A stretch of 64,000 bases of DNA from Octopus sinensis (lineage: Eukaryota): positions 26,474,001 to 26,538,000 of the forward strand of contig NC_043013.1 in the NCBI RefSeq assembly GCF_006345805.1, given 5' to 3'. This document shows, in pieces, positions 1-13,629 of the stretch (the first letter of the stretch is position 1; every line of letters begins with the position of its first letter). Under the pieces are notes generated by a model. That model saw only the letters and a program-made list of their open reading frames with translations. It did not search any database and was not told where the DNA came from. A program made the position numbers and the translations under genes.

Positions 1-719
1 CAGTGGCTTATATATAGGCACTGCAGAACTGCAGCACTCCCTATTTCCACTCAATATAATCAATAACATTCAATATAATGAGTTCTTTTTTTCTTTAATT
101 CTTTCTTTATGCTTGTACATTATATAATCCTTAAGCTTAATCTCAGTAGTCATCCCCCAGTTTATGAAAAAAATATAAAAGTCCTTGTATAGAACTGTGT
201 GGTTCACAGAGGTGTTTGGCTGTTGTGCACATGCTCACATGTCCAAGACAGGAAGCTACATGCTAGGGAGAGAGAGCACTGTGGTTCGAGCAGTGCCAAC
301 CCTGGTGTGCTGGTGAAAGGTAGTGTATCTTTTTGACTCCATGTGTGTTGTGCTTAAAAACATGTTTATATTCTTGAATGGGATAAAACGTAGAATTAGA
401 TTATTATCCTACTTCCAGCTACAGTGTTGCTGCCAGGATTTGAAAAATAGGGCACATTTTCCACCCTTATTTTGTGATTTAGGGGGTATTTTTGAGAAAC
501 AAGGGGAAATTCATGGCAATGTTCAGTGAGCAAATTAACCACACTGCCTGGCAGTGGCTAAAACATGAACTGATCAAGTTTATGCATAAATTTTCATTTT
601 ATGTGTTTGTTTCCTTTTACACAAAATTAAAACAACGGCTAAAAATTTTCTGAAACAACACCACCACTAATTTTATCTATGAGCCACCATTGGTCAAGAT
701 ATATTTCTGGAAAAACACA

Positions 720-1126
720 GAATAATAATAATAACAATGAAATTATTGTGTATAGTGCTCGGGTGCACTACAGCTTATCAAAGGTGCATGTATAGTACAT
801 AGAATTATATACAAAAATCAGGGAAGTGAACAGTGTATGAGTCATGATATACGTGTGTGCATGTGTATGGATGGAGGGGGATTTTGGGTGTAGTGTTGGC
901 GAATTTCAGAAAGCATGTAGGTTTTTAAAGGATGCAGTGTCTCGGTATCTAACAACTGATGCAGGTGGTTTGATCCATGCTTCAGCAACTCTGAGTGTGA
1001 AAAAATGCTTCCGAAAGTCATGGGAGCTGTGCTGTTTTCTGACTTTGTAGGCATGCCCACATCTGTTACACACATGGAGTTCAAAAAGGTGCTTAAGGTG
1101 GATGTTGGCACGATGGTTAATAATTC
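720..1126 (-). mobile_element. CR1-clade LINE 3' end, 5'-truncated, (ATT)n tail
   Basis: Reverse complement of the terminal about 400 bp of the copies at 21620-22060 and 44730-45135. Confidence 0.85.
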
Positions 1127-1509
1127 AGCTGAAGGATCTTTGTGGTTTTCATCACTGTTTACGATTATCTTTAAAGAAATTTTTTAATGTATCATATACA
1201 TGTAATTTTTGATGCCCTTGGTTTAAAGGACGAGAAACATTATTTAATCTATTTGTATTATGCTGAAAAAACGAACGAATTTACTTGGCTTGGACGGATT
1301 TCATTGAAATCTTTTCTTTGAGAGTTACCTCCCTTGCATTTGAAAGCATCTTAAAACGTCTACAATCCAACTTTTATTCAATTACAAGACATTTTTTATT
1401 GTCACTCTTGTTACACAATACCTAAAATACGCTCTCTCTGTCTCTCGCTCACTACATTCCTCATAGGGTACACAATATGGTCTCGAGCTAATATCAATTA
1501 CTTTAAAAT

Positions 1510-1835
1510 ATTTTATCAATTCATCGACCAACAAACTAAGAGGAGCACCATATTTGGGATGAATCCATATTGTAGTCTCAGCCAACATGTCTTAAGTTTA
1601 GAAAAAGTGATAAACTCATTTTCATTTAGAGTTATTGGCTGGTTCTTCTTTGTTCAGTGCTGAACAAGGTCTGTGAGTGGTCAAGCTGATTTCTGTAGAG
1701 TGAGGAATAAATCTCTGATAGAAAGTATCAGTTCTAGAAATTTACTTAGTTTCCACACTGATGTTAGTTCTGGAAAATCTATAATGGACTTCACTTTCTC
1801 GAGGAGTGGACAGATTCCTTCCTTGTCAATGAATG
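1510..1835 (-). mobile_element. Ty3/Gypsy RT-RNase H junction fragment, decayed
   Basis: Interrupted translation HFIDKEGICPLLEKVKSIIDFPELTSV..KFL..FYQRFIPH..PKYGAPLSLLVD resembles the Gypsy G.RP.PEKV.AI.DFP.P / FYRRFIPH / APLSL.VDAS motifs. Confidence 0.75.
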
Positions 1836-1989
1836 TACCTGAAGAATGATAAAAAAAAAAAAAACTCTCTTGTTGGGATTAATAATGGCTCCCATACTCA
1901 GTCAAATGTAAGTAAAACAAATTCAGGTGCTCTTCATGTTTTTCTTTGGAATTACTTGCATAGAGAAAAAACAAAAGACACATATCACA

Positions 1990-2700
1990 GTATCAATAAT
2001 ATGCTGGAATGTCTGCATTGGGTTACGTAGAATAAAAAGGTATCTGAAAAGTGTGGTGGTTGCTCTTTTGGGGATATCCACAGGCTTGACAGGGATTTAG
2101 TTATATTCCCTCACAAGAAAAATCTGGGTATAAATACAAACTGCATGAAGCCAACTTTGGTATGTGTGTTGGCAAGAAGATGGGTACATGTGGAGCAGTC
2201 GTTAATGAAGAAAACACAACTTTGTTTATGACAACCAATTGCATTTGCCACCCTTTATATTCAGTACCTCATTTCCTAGAAAGGAAGGAGAGTCTTCTGA
2301 AACAGAACAAATGACTCACAGTAGCAGGCTTACTTGCTGAATCTATGGTGGTACCAACATTTCAAATCTGATGGGGAAATAATGATGGGACCTTGGGAAT
2401 GTCGATGAACAAAACCCTGGGATTAGCAATTGCTGGATGGAGTTGAGTTGCAAAATGACAAAGCTTGAATTTGCATGAAAGAAAACACAAAACAAAAATG
2501 AAAATAGACACTGGATCCAGTGGATATATATATACTATTACTCTGGTTATACAAGCAGAAGTACTTGCAAAAGTTTGATAAAAATCCTGGAAAACCAACA
2601 AGTCTCAAAAGATAACATACTAGTTTATGGGCAATGAATGGCACCAGGATGCCGCAATGTGGCTCAGAAGTCCTCAACATTAGACACAAAATTAATTCAT
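1990..2700 (+). mobile_element. Ty3/Gypsy gag zinc-knuckle and aspartic protease remnant
   Basis: Decayed Cys-rich knuckle-like segment near 2050-2170 and KMKIDTGSSG (protease DTG motif) near 2500-2525. Confidence 0.6.
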
Positions 2701-3989
2701 TAATTCACAGCCCTTTGGTTATGTGCTAAGCAAGATATAACTATGCTTTAAATTTTATTTTATTTTGTTAATAATAAAGTACCAATTCATGAAGTTAACC
2801 AGTTCACTATGTACCCCACATTTGTTCTCGTTTCACCAATCTAAAGATGGTAATGGAATTATAGATACCACCATTTTTGTAGCCCCTCATTTGAGTCAAA
2901 ATCATAAATTTCAAGGAAAAGAGAAAGAATAATTTTTTTTTACCATATCATTACCTTCTTGCAAACAGACATTTCCATAGGCTCACAGTGTTGGCATTTT
3001 CTTGCCTGGTTTTTTATTTTGTATATGGTCAAAATATTTAACTTTCAAAATGACTTATCCATCTAACTGTAAAGTGGTCCCATTGCTAGGAACAACTAGT
3101 AACTGTAAGCAGTCTCTAGTGCCAACTCTGGTCATGGCTAACCATTTTCTATAGCTGGAAAATTCCTCTAGAAGGGGCAGGTTTGGACATAATACTATTT
3201 TAGAGTGCATGTGTGTGTTAGACTAGCAGTTACCTATACAAGCAAGTCCCTTCTCTTCATGTCACTGATGATATCAAAGACAAAGGCTGATAAAGCTTGG
3301 TTGCAGCGTCATTGCCAGTGTTGCTACCCCAATGTAAAACACTGTAACAGATAATGCAAGGCATCTCATCTATTGCTCTCACAGTTCCATCAGTCTGTCA
3401 TGTTGGATTGGCAAATAATAAGCTGTGCTGTATAAATGTTTAATGTTTTTCTTTCCTTTATAATGTTATGTTTGACCTATCCTTTCAGTAAAGTGTAAAG
3501 AGCAACAGCAGACCCTATACATTATACAACACAGGTACCCATATTAGAAGCAAAACAGCAAAATGATGGGGTATCTATGTGGTCATCGTATCTGATACAA
3601 ACGACAGTAAAATCCCCCACAAATTACATGGTACAGTTTTGAAAAGGAAGGGCACATTGATGTGTTTTCGCAATCCCTGAAAACAAGATGGGGTGGCCAT
3701 GATTAGAATGACCTTCAAACAAAGATTAGTCCTCTCAGAGTTGACCCGGGATTAAACAACAATAACATCATGAACATTGAGAGCAAATGCAAACACATAC
3801 ACACACTCTAAAGCATAGTAAAAGAAATGTATGGAAGCAAACTGATGGCTCATTTGTGAAGGAAGTTCTTGAGGAGGAGAGATGCTGTATGCAACAAGTT
3901 GAACATGGAACGACTTGTTAAACACCAAACCTTACATAACTACATGTCATCAGAATTGGAATCTGAGGTCAATGCATTTAACATTCCAT

Positions 3990-4400
3990 TTTAACAGTTG
4001 CAAGTCAATAGCTACAGAAAACATATGTAGAGAGAGAATTTCAGAGGTCTGAAAAAATTGTAGAAATGAAGGGCTGAAAATATCTTTCATTTCCATAATT
4101 ACAGCAACACAGGATGTTGAGAAACAATATGGGTGATGAGAAGAGGAGAGATTGTTGGGAGTGTTGACAGCATGAGACCAACCAGGGACCACTGCAGTAG
4201 CAGTAGAAAAGCAGGCAGAGGAGACAATATGGCAATGAACCAGAGGTTGGAGTGCGTGATGAGTGACCCCATTCCAAATAGTTAGGTGGCCAGTCTTCGG
4301 GTACTGACTAGGGTGTCTGTATGTACCACAGCAACAACACATGTCCAGACATGAGAACCAATTTCCAGATATGAGAACTTCTAGGCATCTCAAATGAGCT
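3990..4400 (-). mobile_element. Non-LTR retrotransposon 3' ORF fragment (CR1/Zenon-like), decayed
   Basis: HALQPLVHCHIVSS..SSSHHPY resembles the LQPL.HRR.VASL...HPY C-terminal LINE signature. Confidence 0.55.
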
Positions 4401-4844
4401 TTGTAAAATCTTTGAAGTTATACACTGAACTATTTTCTGCTCCTGAAGTATTTTGAATTAATTATATCCTTACAGCAATGTGAAGTAGGTCATTCCCAAA
4501 CACATATACCATACAGTATGAGTAGGTTAAAAATATCAGTTAAGAACTAAAGCTAGAAAATGCTTAAATATAAGAAATGGATGATAGATACTTGTCACAA
4601 AGTGAGTAATGCCAAAACAATGATTTTGCAGATTTTATCTTTTATTTTTCAGTTGTTGATTAATTACAAGCTAGCACTGATTAAGCAGCATATGATCAGA
4701 ATGTATTCCCGCTTTGAACAATGCCATTTTGATTCAAGGTTCTGTTTACCCAGAGCCACATTTTCTCATCAATCCTTCCTTATTCAATGACAAGAAGTGA
4801 TATGAAGAGAATTTGTCTGTAATTCCTAGCAAATTCTGTTTTTT

Positions 4845-5085
4845 AATGGCTTGGCTTCTTGGCTTCATGCTCTTGCTTGATGGAGCTGGGTTCATTCCAA
4901 GTTTGTGGTTCCAGAGACATCTTCATGTGTAGAGCTGACCAGGTCCACCAGTGCTCTTCAGTACTGGTGGTCCAATGCTAACCTCTCTGCATCCTCCCAG
5001 GTGACATCGAGCCTCTGGAGTTCTTCCCCAATCACATCCAGCCATCTTGTGAGGGGCCTGCCATGAGGCCTCTTCCAGCTCATAT
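4845..5085 (-). mobile_element. RTE-clade LINE 3' end
   Basis: Translates WKRPHGRPLTRWLDVIGEELQRLDVTWEDAERLA, followed by a short (AAGCC)n tail. Confidence 0.7.
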
Positions 5086-5119
5086 ATTCTTTTAAACTTT
5101 TAATTAGTAATGAGTAGAA

Positions 5120-5325
5120 TATTTGTTTCAAATTTTATCACAAGGCCAGAAATTTCAGGGGAGGTGGGGTAAGTTGATTACATCGACATCATCTCCCTAC
5201 CCCGCATGCAACACTGATACCCCCACCCATCCCTGAAAGTATGAAAGGCAAAATTGACCTCAGTGAATTTTGAACTCTGAACATAAAGATGGACAAAATG
5301 TTAACGATTCTGCCAGTTCACCACT
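5120..5325 (-). mobile_element. tRNA-derived SINE, family A (head ...GAGCTGGCAGAATCGTTA..., tail ...AAATTTGAAACCAATAT)
   Basis: Homologous to about ten other copies in the window; B-box GAGTTCAAATTC; degenerate TSD ending in AATATT. Confidence 0.85.
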
Positions 5326-6711
5326 TTAGTAAAAAATACAATATTAGCAGAGAGGTGGCTTCTGAAAATATTTTTCAGGATAGAGTGAGGTAGTGTTGGG
5401 GTGGAACTTGAGTAGAATATATCCTGTTGAAAAAGCGCAATAGTTAGGTCAACAATCTGGTAGTATATCAGTGTGGTATTTCTAACACATGCCATTCCTT
5501 GCTATTCAAAGATAAAGAAAGTGAAACTTTAGTTTCAAAGAAGTAAAAGAGGAAATTCTTATTGCTCATAGGAATTTGAAAATTATAATGTTTATGTTTG
5601 TGAATATCACAAATTTTTCTATTTCACTAATTCCTAAGAACAACTGGAAGTAACCAGCATAATTTATCAGAGAAAACATTTTAAAACACTTTTTTACGAA
5701 ATCAAATTTGGGGAGACTAAATTTATGTTGCAGAATAAACAAAAGTTGTGTTTCACTTTCTCTTGTTAGGTTCATAATCTTTCTTGTTACTTTTTTTTTT
5801 ATTGCTGTTCATTTTCCTGATACCATTCTTAAATGTTTGTGAATTGAAATTTAAATTAAGTTTTCCTATACTGAAGTCAGTTATAAATGAAAGAAAGAAA
5901 TTCCTGATAGGAATTTCATAAGTTACATGTAGTTTGTTAGAGTTTCTGGATTGGTATTGCTGTTATCCACAAAAGCACCCAAAAATAAACCATCCAGCTG
6001 TGGTTCTTAACACCTTTTTTTTTTTTTTGTAGCACCAACCCCCTTCTTTTAAGTAATTATTATACCTAGTGCCCACCTAAACGGCAAGTGAGCTATCATG
6101 ACTAAAATAACTTAACATGGATGATAATTTATAAGTTTTACTCTAAAAACAGATTGTATAAGCTTTTAACTGTGAAATGTTAAAAAATTAGTAAAGACAA
6201 ATGTTGTCAATTTCTTTAAACATTGCAAGTTAATGACTTTTCTGTGTTTAATGAGATCTCATTTTATTTTAATATCCATCACTAGTTTTATCATGTATAA
6301 TTACTACTATAGGTAAAATTTAATGTTATGTTACTTCACTGCCCACCCCCAACACTCACTGCCCCTAAAGTCTAACAACTCTTTTGACATGCCCAGCACC
6401 CTCTTGGGATTAATACCACCCACACTGAGAACCTCTGATCTAGCCTCTAGGCAATGTCTTAATTACCAGTACAACCAAATATCTAACCTACTGTCCCTTC
6501 ACTGACTTTCAACAACAGCTTCTACTTCACAGAGTTAACCAGTTGGATGTTACATCCTGCCAAGCCAAGCCAACACATCTGTTTCTCCTTCTTTCAATAA
6601 TCATTCTGTCCCCCAACCCAAACCCTGCATTAACTACCATTCCCACTTTTTCCAACACCTACAGGATATCAACGCTAGAATTTCTCTTTTAACCTATATT
6701 CTTCTTGCATG

Positions 6712-7030
6712 AAGGCATGTAGCTAAGTGGTTAGGGAATTCAACTCATGATTGTAAGGTCATGAGTTCAATTCCTGGTGACCTGTTGTGTCTTTGAGCAA
6801 AACACTTTATTTCACGTTGCTCCAGTCCACTCAGCTGGCAAAAATGAGTTGTACTTGTATTTCAAAGGGCCAACCTTGTCACACTCTGTGTCACACCGAA
6901 TTTCCCTGAAAACTACATTAAGGGTGCATGTATCAGTGGAGTGCTCAGCCACTTGCACATTAATCTCACGAGTAAGCTGTTCTGTTGATTATATCAGCTG
7001 GGACCCTCGTCGTCATAACAAATGGAGTGC
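6712..7030 (+). mobile_element. tRNA-derived SINE, family C
   Basis: A-box TAGCTAAGTGG and B-box GAGTTCAATTCC. Body matches the reverse complement of 33520-33895. Confidence 0.85.
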
Positions 7031-7419
7031 TCTTTCATATTTTTCTTGCAGAGGTCAACAGACCAGAGTTACATTGTGAACTGGAAACAAATGCAACCGT
7101 TTTGAATGGGGCTTTGGTATGCAAAAACCATGTGAAATGTTGAGAAGCATGGGCAAGGCTTACACGTTTGACTGCCAGAGACTTGTTATTTAATCAGTAA
7201 ACTATTTCATTAAAAAAAAGAAGAGGCAGTTCAAGAAGGTCGGAAGTCTGGTATCTTCATCATAGCTTCTCTAAATACAAAGTGTTTTGATGGAAGAATA
7301 AACATGAAAATGAAATTGTGTGTGTGTACGTGCATGTGTGCATATGTGCGCACCTTGTACTCAGAAACAGTAAAATGGAAGAAAACAACAAAGTCAGAAA
7401 ATTATTTGTCAGCTCTTCA

Positions 7420-7760
7420 TCATCATCATTTAATATCCATTGTCCATGTTGGCATGGGTTGGACGGTTTGACTGGGCTGGCATGCTGGAAGGCTGCACCA
7501 GACTCCATTCTGATTTGGCATGATTTTTCTATGGCTGGATGCCCTTCCTAATGCCAACCACTCCAAGAGTGTAATGGATGCTTTTACATGCCACCAGCAT
7601 GGGTGCCAATTTGCATGACACCAGTATCCGCCACGACTGCAATTTTGCTCGGCTTCATGGTTCTTCTTCTCAAACACAACATAATGCCAAAAGTCTTGGC
7701 CATTGCCTCCATCAGGCCCAGCCTACAACATTTGAGAGATAGCAGCCAACTCTCCCTCAA
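7420..7760 (-). mobile_element. 5'-truncated RTE-clade LINE 3' UTR with (GAT)n tail
   Basis: Matches the 3' UTR of the RTE copies at 40290-41460 and 62213-62815. Confidence 0.8.
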
Positions 7761-7964
7761 GCTACACTCTACTGTCTGTCAAGGAATGTAATAAGATAGA
7801 AAGTAGAAAGGGATAATGGCAATCATTCTTTCTGTGATTCTCCCAGGAACAGTGAAATATAGACACTTTTGGGGATTTTCTTTCTGATCTGGTGACAGGA
7901 AATGAAACATTGTTGTATCTTTATGATCCAAAAACAAAAGCCCAGTCCATGGAATGGCATCACA

Positions 7965-8470
7965 CCTCTTCTTCAAGAACTAAGAAGTTCAAAAGCTGGC
8001 AATTGGCAGAGAAAGTCATGAACATTGTTTCCAAGGATGAAAAAAAACATCATTCTCCTTAATTTTCTGGAATGTGGCTGTACAATGAACAGTAAGTGGA
8101 ACATTGAGAGAGTCAAAAAATTTAAAGAGACCATTAGAAGAAGGAAATTAAACAAGAATCTGAAAATAATCAACATACATCTTTGATCCAAAATCAGGCA
8201 ACGGACAAATTGGCCTGCTCAGTGGTCCTCTATCTGTTGTACACTCCAGATCTAGTGCCCTCTCATTTCAAACTCGTTTGGTCAAATGAGGGACAGTCTT
8301 CAGGGACTATGATCTGATGACACTGACAAGGTGAAAGTAACTGCTAATAGGTGGGTACAAGAGTGCACAGTACACATCTGAATTTTTTTTCAAAGCAAAT
8401 TCAAGAGATGCATTCAACAATGGCACAAATGCATTACTTATGATGGAGACTATGTTGAGTTGTATCTTTG
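7965..8470 (+). mobile_element. mariner (DD34D-type) transposase C-terminal remnant
   Basis: Fragments ..EKVMNIV.., YTPDLVPSHF (YSPDLAPSDF-like) and QQWHKCITYDGDYVE. Confidence 0.75.
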
Positions 8471-11044
8471 CATTGATAAAACGGTTGCTCTACCAACATG
8501 TGCTATGTCAGTTAATAAGAGATTCATGCCCACTTTTGAAGAACTTGACATCACTTGATAGTTGTGAGTGAGCATCACATGAGCAGTGTCCTTTAATTCC
8601 ATTCTTCTGTGACATGGGAAATATTACCCTACTTGGAAACAGATAAGGGTTGGCAACAGGAAAGGCACCTGATTGTAGAAAAATCCACCTCAATAAATTT
8701 TGTTTGACCCATATGAGCATGGAAAAGCAGGCATTATTTACCTCGTTATTTCACAAATATCTGCTTCACCAATCTCAATGATCTTTGTCACAGACACACA
8801 CTCACTCACTCACGTATGCACACATATATGCATGCATACACACATACATACTACATATTACATACATACACACATAGATATATACAGACATATATCCTCT
8901 CCATTCTCTGTACACATAAGGAGTCTTTTGCTACACAGTTATTTCACCTTCCAATAAACTATTTATCTTTCAGTTTATAGCATGCAGTATGTTTAGTTAG
9001 GGACAAATTCATGCTGATATATTAGCACAACACAAATCTTTCTCTTTAGCTAAAGGGATTAGCTGAAGTAGATTAGAAATATGGAAGAGATGCTTTTAAG
9101 CATCCCCCCCCCTGTTTTTATCATCTATTTGAAGAAATTATATGGGAAAATAAGGTAAAAAATAATATAAAACAGAACAAGTGTTAGTTTCTTTAATAAA
9201 TATTTCCAAGGGATATAAAATTAGAAAAGTTAAAGAAAAATAACATTTTAATGACAAATAAGACTGGGAAATTCATGTTAATGGAATTTGGAATGTTGGA
9301 ATAGGAGTATAATAAATTAAGCAACATTATAAATTAGAGAAACAGTTAAATAGTTTAGTTCTGGAACTGTTTTCAAAAGAGTTCATTTTCAAAACTTAGA
9401 ATTACATCAATGAAATATGAAAAGGTACAAACTAACTACATTAAATAAAGGAATATTTTTTAAAATGTCTCTGGCTTTTTTTGTGATTTTAATCTTCATC
9501 ACCCTCACATTCAGCAGCAACATCACCAACATAAACATCTCATGTTTTCTTTCAAATTTAGGAATTATATAATATCCTTTGACAACACCAACAATCTGGT
9601 GGCAATTACTTAATTGCATGTAATACAAGATAAAGCTATAATCATTTTTTTTCCAAAAAAGTTTGTCTAAAATTACACAAATTTTTCCATTCTTATATTT
9701 AGAAAAAAACTTTAACAAAATCATATAATAAATCATCTACACTAATACTACACCTACAATTATGTTTCTTCAATTCTCTTTTTAACAGAATATTAGAAAA
9801 AAACTAGTGTTAATATTCTATGAAGATTAAGCTAGAGTTGACTATAGTCTCCAGTCAGTACAAGCATTTCAAAGAACTAGAGGCATATATTTAGGACATC
9901 TTTATATTAACTATGCAACTAATAGGCTTGTACACCATTTTATAAAATTAAGTTCAAGTTTAGTTAGTTATAACAAGCAGCATAAAGAGCATATTCTGTT
10001 CCAACACTCACAATCTTTTAATTATTATTCAAATCCCACCTAGTCCTTGGGTGCTCTTAGAGAACCTCACCCTATTTGCAAACATTGAGGCTAAGCCTTC
10101 AGTTTGTTGATAGTTTCCTCTCATCAGTCTTACAAACCCTATAAAGATAAAGGGCACAAGCACTGCCGTTCTCACTCTGACTAAATGCTAGCAAAATTAA
10201 ATAACTAAAAAAAGAAAAGAAAAGAAGTATTGACAGAAGTATAAAACTGACAAGTATAATTCACAGATGCTGGCTAATTCTTCCTGTGGACAAGGCTTGG
10301 AGACAAATGTCAGAGCTCCATCAAGTTAATTCTCCATAAAATAACTACATCGAAGCAATCTTCAGTGAAACACTTATGAACCAAATAGATTAAGCAAGGG
10401 ACACCACAATACTATCATTTAACCATGTTTACATCTACCATACAGTTGTATTTATACAACCTGCTGTTGTATTTATACAACACTTTTGAACCAGTAACCA
10501 ACTTGTCTTGTCTGCTATTTATAATTCCATCTACATCTAAGATGCATTAAAGGAATGTAGTATCAATACCAGTACTTGATCGCTTCTTTATTTTATTGAC
10601 CCTGGAAGGTTGAAAGGCCAAGTTAACCTCAGCAAGATTTGAACTCACAGTGAAAAGGACTGTAACTAAATGTAACATGTATATATTTTGTCCAAATTTT
10701 AAAATTCCTACTAATACACTCCTAAAATGTTATATTAAGCCAGCAAGAGTGCCCTTACATGATTGCTCTATCTGTTAGAAATGGCAGCTAACTCTCCTTC
10801 CAATTCTACCACTGAATATAAGAACAGGGTACATTAAATAGTGTAATCCTACATACTTCTAAATAGATGGAATGGTCATGGTTGGAATGCTAGTCATATG
10901 TCTGCTAGATCAGGGCTGATCAGGGACAACCAATACTACAATCCCCACATTACAATAATCATCATTACAACTCACACTTTTACAGAAGTGTAGGATTTGG
11001 GCCACCTATACAACTTCTATCTATTTCTTATTTATTGTAATATT

Positions 11045-11250
11045 GGTTTCAAAGTTTAGTACAAGGCCAGCAATTTCAGGGGGAAGGAGTAAATCGATTA
11101 TATCAACCCCAGTTCTCTATTTTATTAACCCTAAAAGGATGAAAGGCACAGTTGACTTTGGCAGAAATTGAACTCAGAACATAAAGATGGATGAAATGCC
11201 GCTAAGCATTTTGACTAGTGTGCTAATGATTCTGCCAGCTTGCTGCCTTC
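11045..11250 (-). mobile_element. SINE family A with 15-bp TSD ATTTATTGTAATATT
   Basis: Direct repeats at about 11030-11044 and 11251-11265 flank a full-length copy. Confidence 0.9.
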
Positions 11251-12984
11251 ATTTATTGTAATATTAATAAACATCAATGTACTGTCACTTAAACCCATAT
11301 CAGATATTTTATGAAAATTAAGTTGGACTCAGTATCCACATTACTCTATTGAGTGGAACTCAATAAGGTTCTTTACTGTTCAAAACATGTTTTTTTTGTC
11401 TCAGAGAATTAAGGTTTTAATTTATCTCTTTTTGAAGCTAAAAACTGAAATGGTGCCTCTAAGATGTAAAGAGTTAAGAGAAATTCTATCACATGTTTAA
11501 TCACTCCAAAAAATGTTTTAAACAATGAAATCTGTATAAATTAAAATTCTTTAGGGGAGAAAAACTGCATTGTCATATTGGTTTCAAATTTTGGCACAAG
11601 ACCAGCAATCCATTGTTATATTGAACGTGTATAGTAATATATTTCTTTGTATTTCAGAAATGAAACATCAATACATAACTTTGAAAACGTTATATTTCCA
11701 TTTCCTTCTTTAGACTTATATCATGAACAGAACAAAATAGCTGTCATCAAATTAGTAATAGCTTTTTTTTAATCTTAAAAACAAATGAAATTAAATAAAA
11801 ATAGATGAATTATATAATAATGAAAATATATTGTTTTCTGAATCCAGCATGTATATATGAACTCCATCTATATACTTATATACTTACATGCTGCCTGTCT
11901 TTTTTCTGTCACTTACACACACAGGCTCACATAAATATCATTTCCCTCTTCTAAAATAGGTTTATATAAATATAAATAAAAATACAGATATTTACATGCA
12001 GGAAGAGCAGAATATATAAAAATTTGACTCATTGAATCATGCCCAAAATTCAAAGAGTTTAACATTATTTAATCAAACAAAATGTTCATGCATATTTATG
12101 TCGTGTTAATACCACAGCATTACAAACTCTCTCTTTAGACTAGTTATGCTAATTAAGTAAATGATCATATAGTTTTTAAATTTAGTCAGCTGATGTCATT
12201 TCTCCACTTTCAGTCAATGAGCTATGCTTGACTTTGGCAGAATGTTTACCGAGAAAAATTAAGGCTCTGATAACATTCTTATTGGTCACACTTTTCACAA
12301 ATACCCATAAGGAATATTTTTGTTTTAAATTTACACAAAGTTGAAGTAAATATATAGTGAAAAATTTAGACGTTTATAAGTATATGTCTTTAATTCAGAT
12401 TCATCTTTTATGAGCAATTGAGAAAACATCTTATTTGAAAATGTTAACAAAAAGACTTAATACCCTGAGATAAATTTTACCAATTATGTCAGAACTATAC
12501 ATATATATATCATACATAAATGGAAAAGATCAGTATTAGTAGACTGATATATTAATCAGTCCTTCAGTTATAGAACCACATCATTTCACCAATGAAATCA
12601 TTAAGTCTCTGTTGACTCCTATATTCCAGCAATATCGGCAGGAAGCATTATTTATATTATGCTTGTAGTAAGAGCTCATGCAATAAATATAGCTATGATA
12701 TTGTGAAGATCTACATAAAAGAGAAAAAGAATCTATGTTTTAAAATAAATAGCTATTCCTTTCTTGAATAAATTAAAGTTAATAATACTGGTGAATTTAG
12801 TATAAATTCAATTTTTCCTTGAAAGTAAAATGTATCTTCATCCAATTCTGAGTAAACTCGAGAAAAAAAAGCAAGCAATAATTCAAAATAATTTTTAAAA
12901 CACTGAAAGCAGCAAAAATAAAAGCATTAACCTATCAATTTAGATAAAAGCAAATAAGCTAAACTAAAATATATAAATAAAATC

Positions 12985-13087
12985 TCAACGAGTTTTGTGT
13001 TCTGGATGGTTCACCAGTGAGTTAATAAAGTCAGTGGTTTTCATTTTGCGTTGACAAGTCAAATGGACAGCCACAAATATTGGGAAC
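12985..13087 (-). CDS. Gpd1: GPD exon 9 coding part (K)FPIFVAVHLTCQRKMKTTDFINSLVNHPEHKTR*, 103 nt including TGA
   Basis: Acceptor TATTTCTTTCAG. Conserved FPxFxAV and NHPEH C-terminus. The 3' UTR end could not be determined. Confidence 0.96.
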
Positions 13088-13194
13088 CTGAAAGAAATAT
13101 AACTTCTGTGAATCATTCAGGAAAAGATTTGTTAATACTTTAATCAATCTTAAATCCATAAATAAAACATTTTTATTTGAGATAAATGAATAAT

Positions 13195-13369
13195 TTTGTG
13201 GCTTAGAGGCTTGCTTTGCAATGACATAGTTTCAGGTTCAGTCCCACAGTACAGCACCTTGGGCAAGTGTCTTCTACTATAACCCTGAGCTAATCAATGC
13301 CTTGTGAGTGGATTTGGTAGACAGAAACTGTGTGGATGCCATCATGTGTGTGTGCGTGTGTGTGTGTGT

Positions 13370-13403
<34 letters not shown>

Positions 13404-13590
13404 TGTGTTTGAGTTTGTGTTTGCTCCCCACCCAACGCTATTGCTTAGTGGTTTGGCAAAAGAGATCGATAGAATAAGTACCAGACATGGAAAATAAGAA
13501 CTGGGGTTGATTTGTTAGACTAAACTCTTCATAGTGATGCTCCAGCATGGGCACAGTCAAGCAAGAGAAACAATTAAAAGTGAACAGATA
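13195..13590 (+). mobile_element. tRNA-derived SINE, family B, with internal (TG)n
   Basis: GGTTCAGTCCCAC B-box and a body matching the reverse complements of 60285-60686 and 43370-43745. Lies in GPD intron 8. Confidence 0.85.
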
Positions 13591-13629
13591 AAGAATTATT
13601 TCCTTGATGTTCAATTAGATGTGACTTAC

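Noticed and set aside
6712-6790. tRNA gene
   Set aside because: A and B boxes are present, but there is no acceptor stem or cloverleaf and it continues into a SINE body. The same applies to the other SINE heads.
8310-8345. CTGATGA...GAAAG hammerhead-like core
   Set aside because: It lies inside mariner transposase coding remnant (SDD..VK), and helix II does not close in register.
12961-12987. Stop-codon readthrough or PTS1 peroxisomal extension of GPD
   Set aside because: The context is TGA GAT, not TGA CTAG. Readthrough would add DFIYIF*, which is not a PTS1, and KTR is not PTS1 either.
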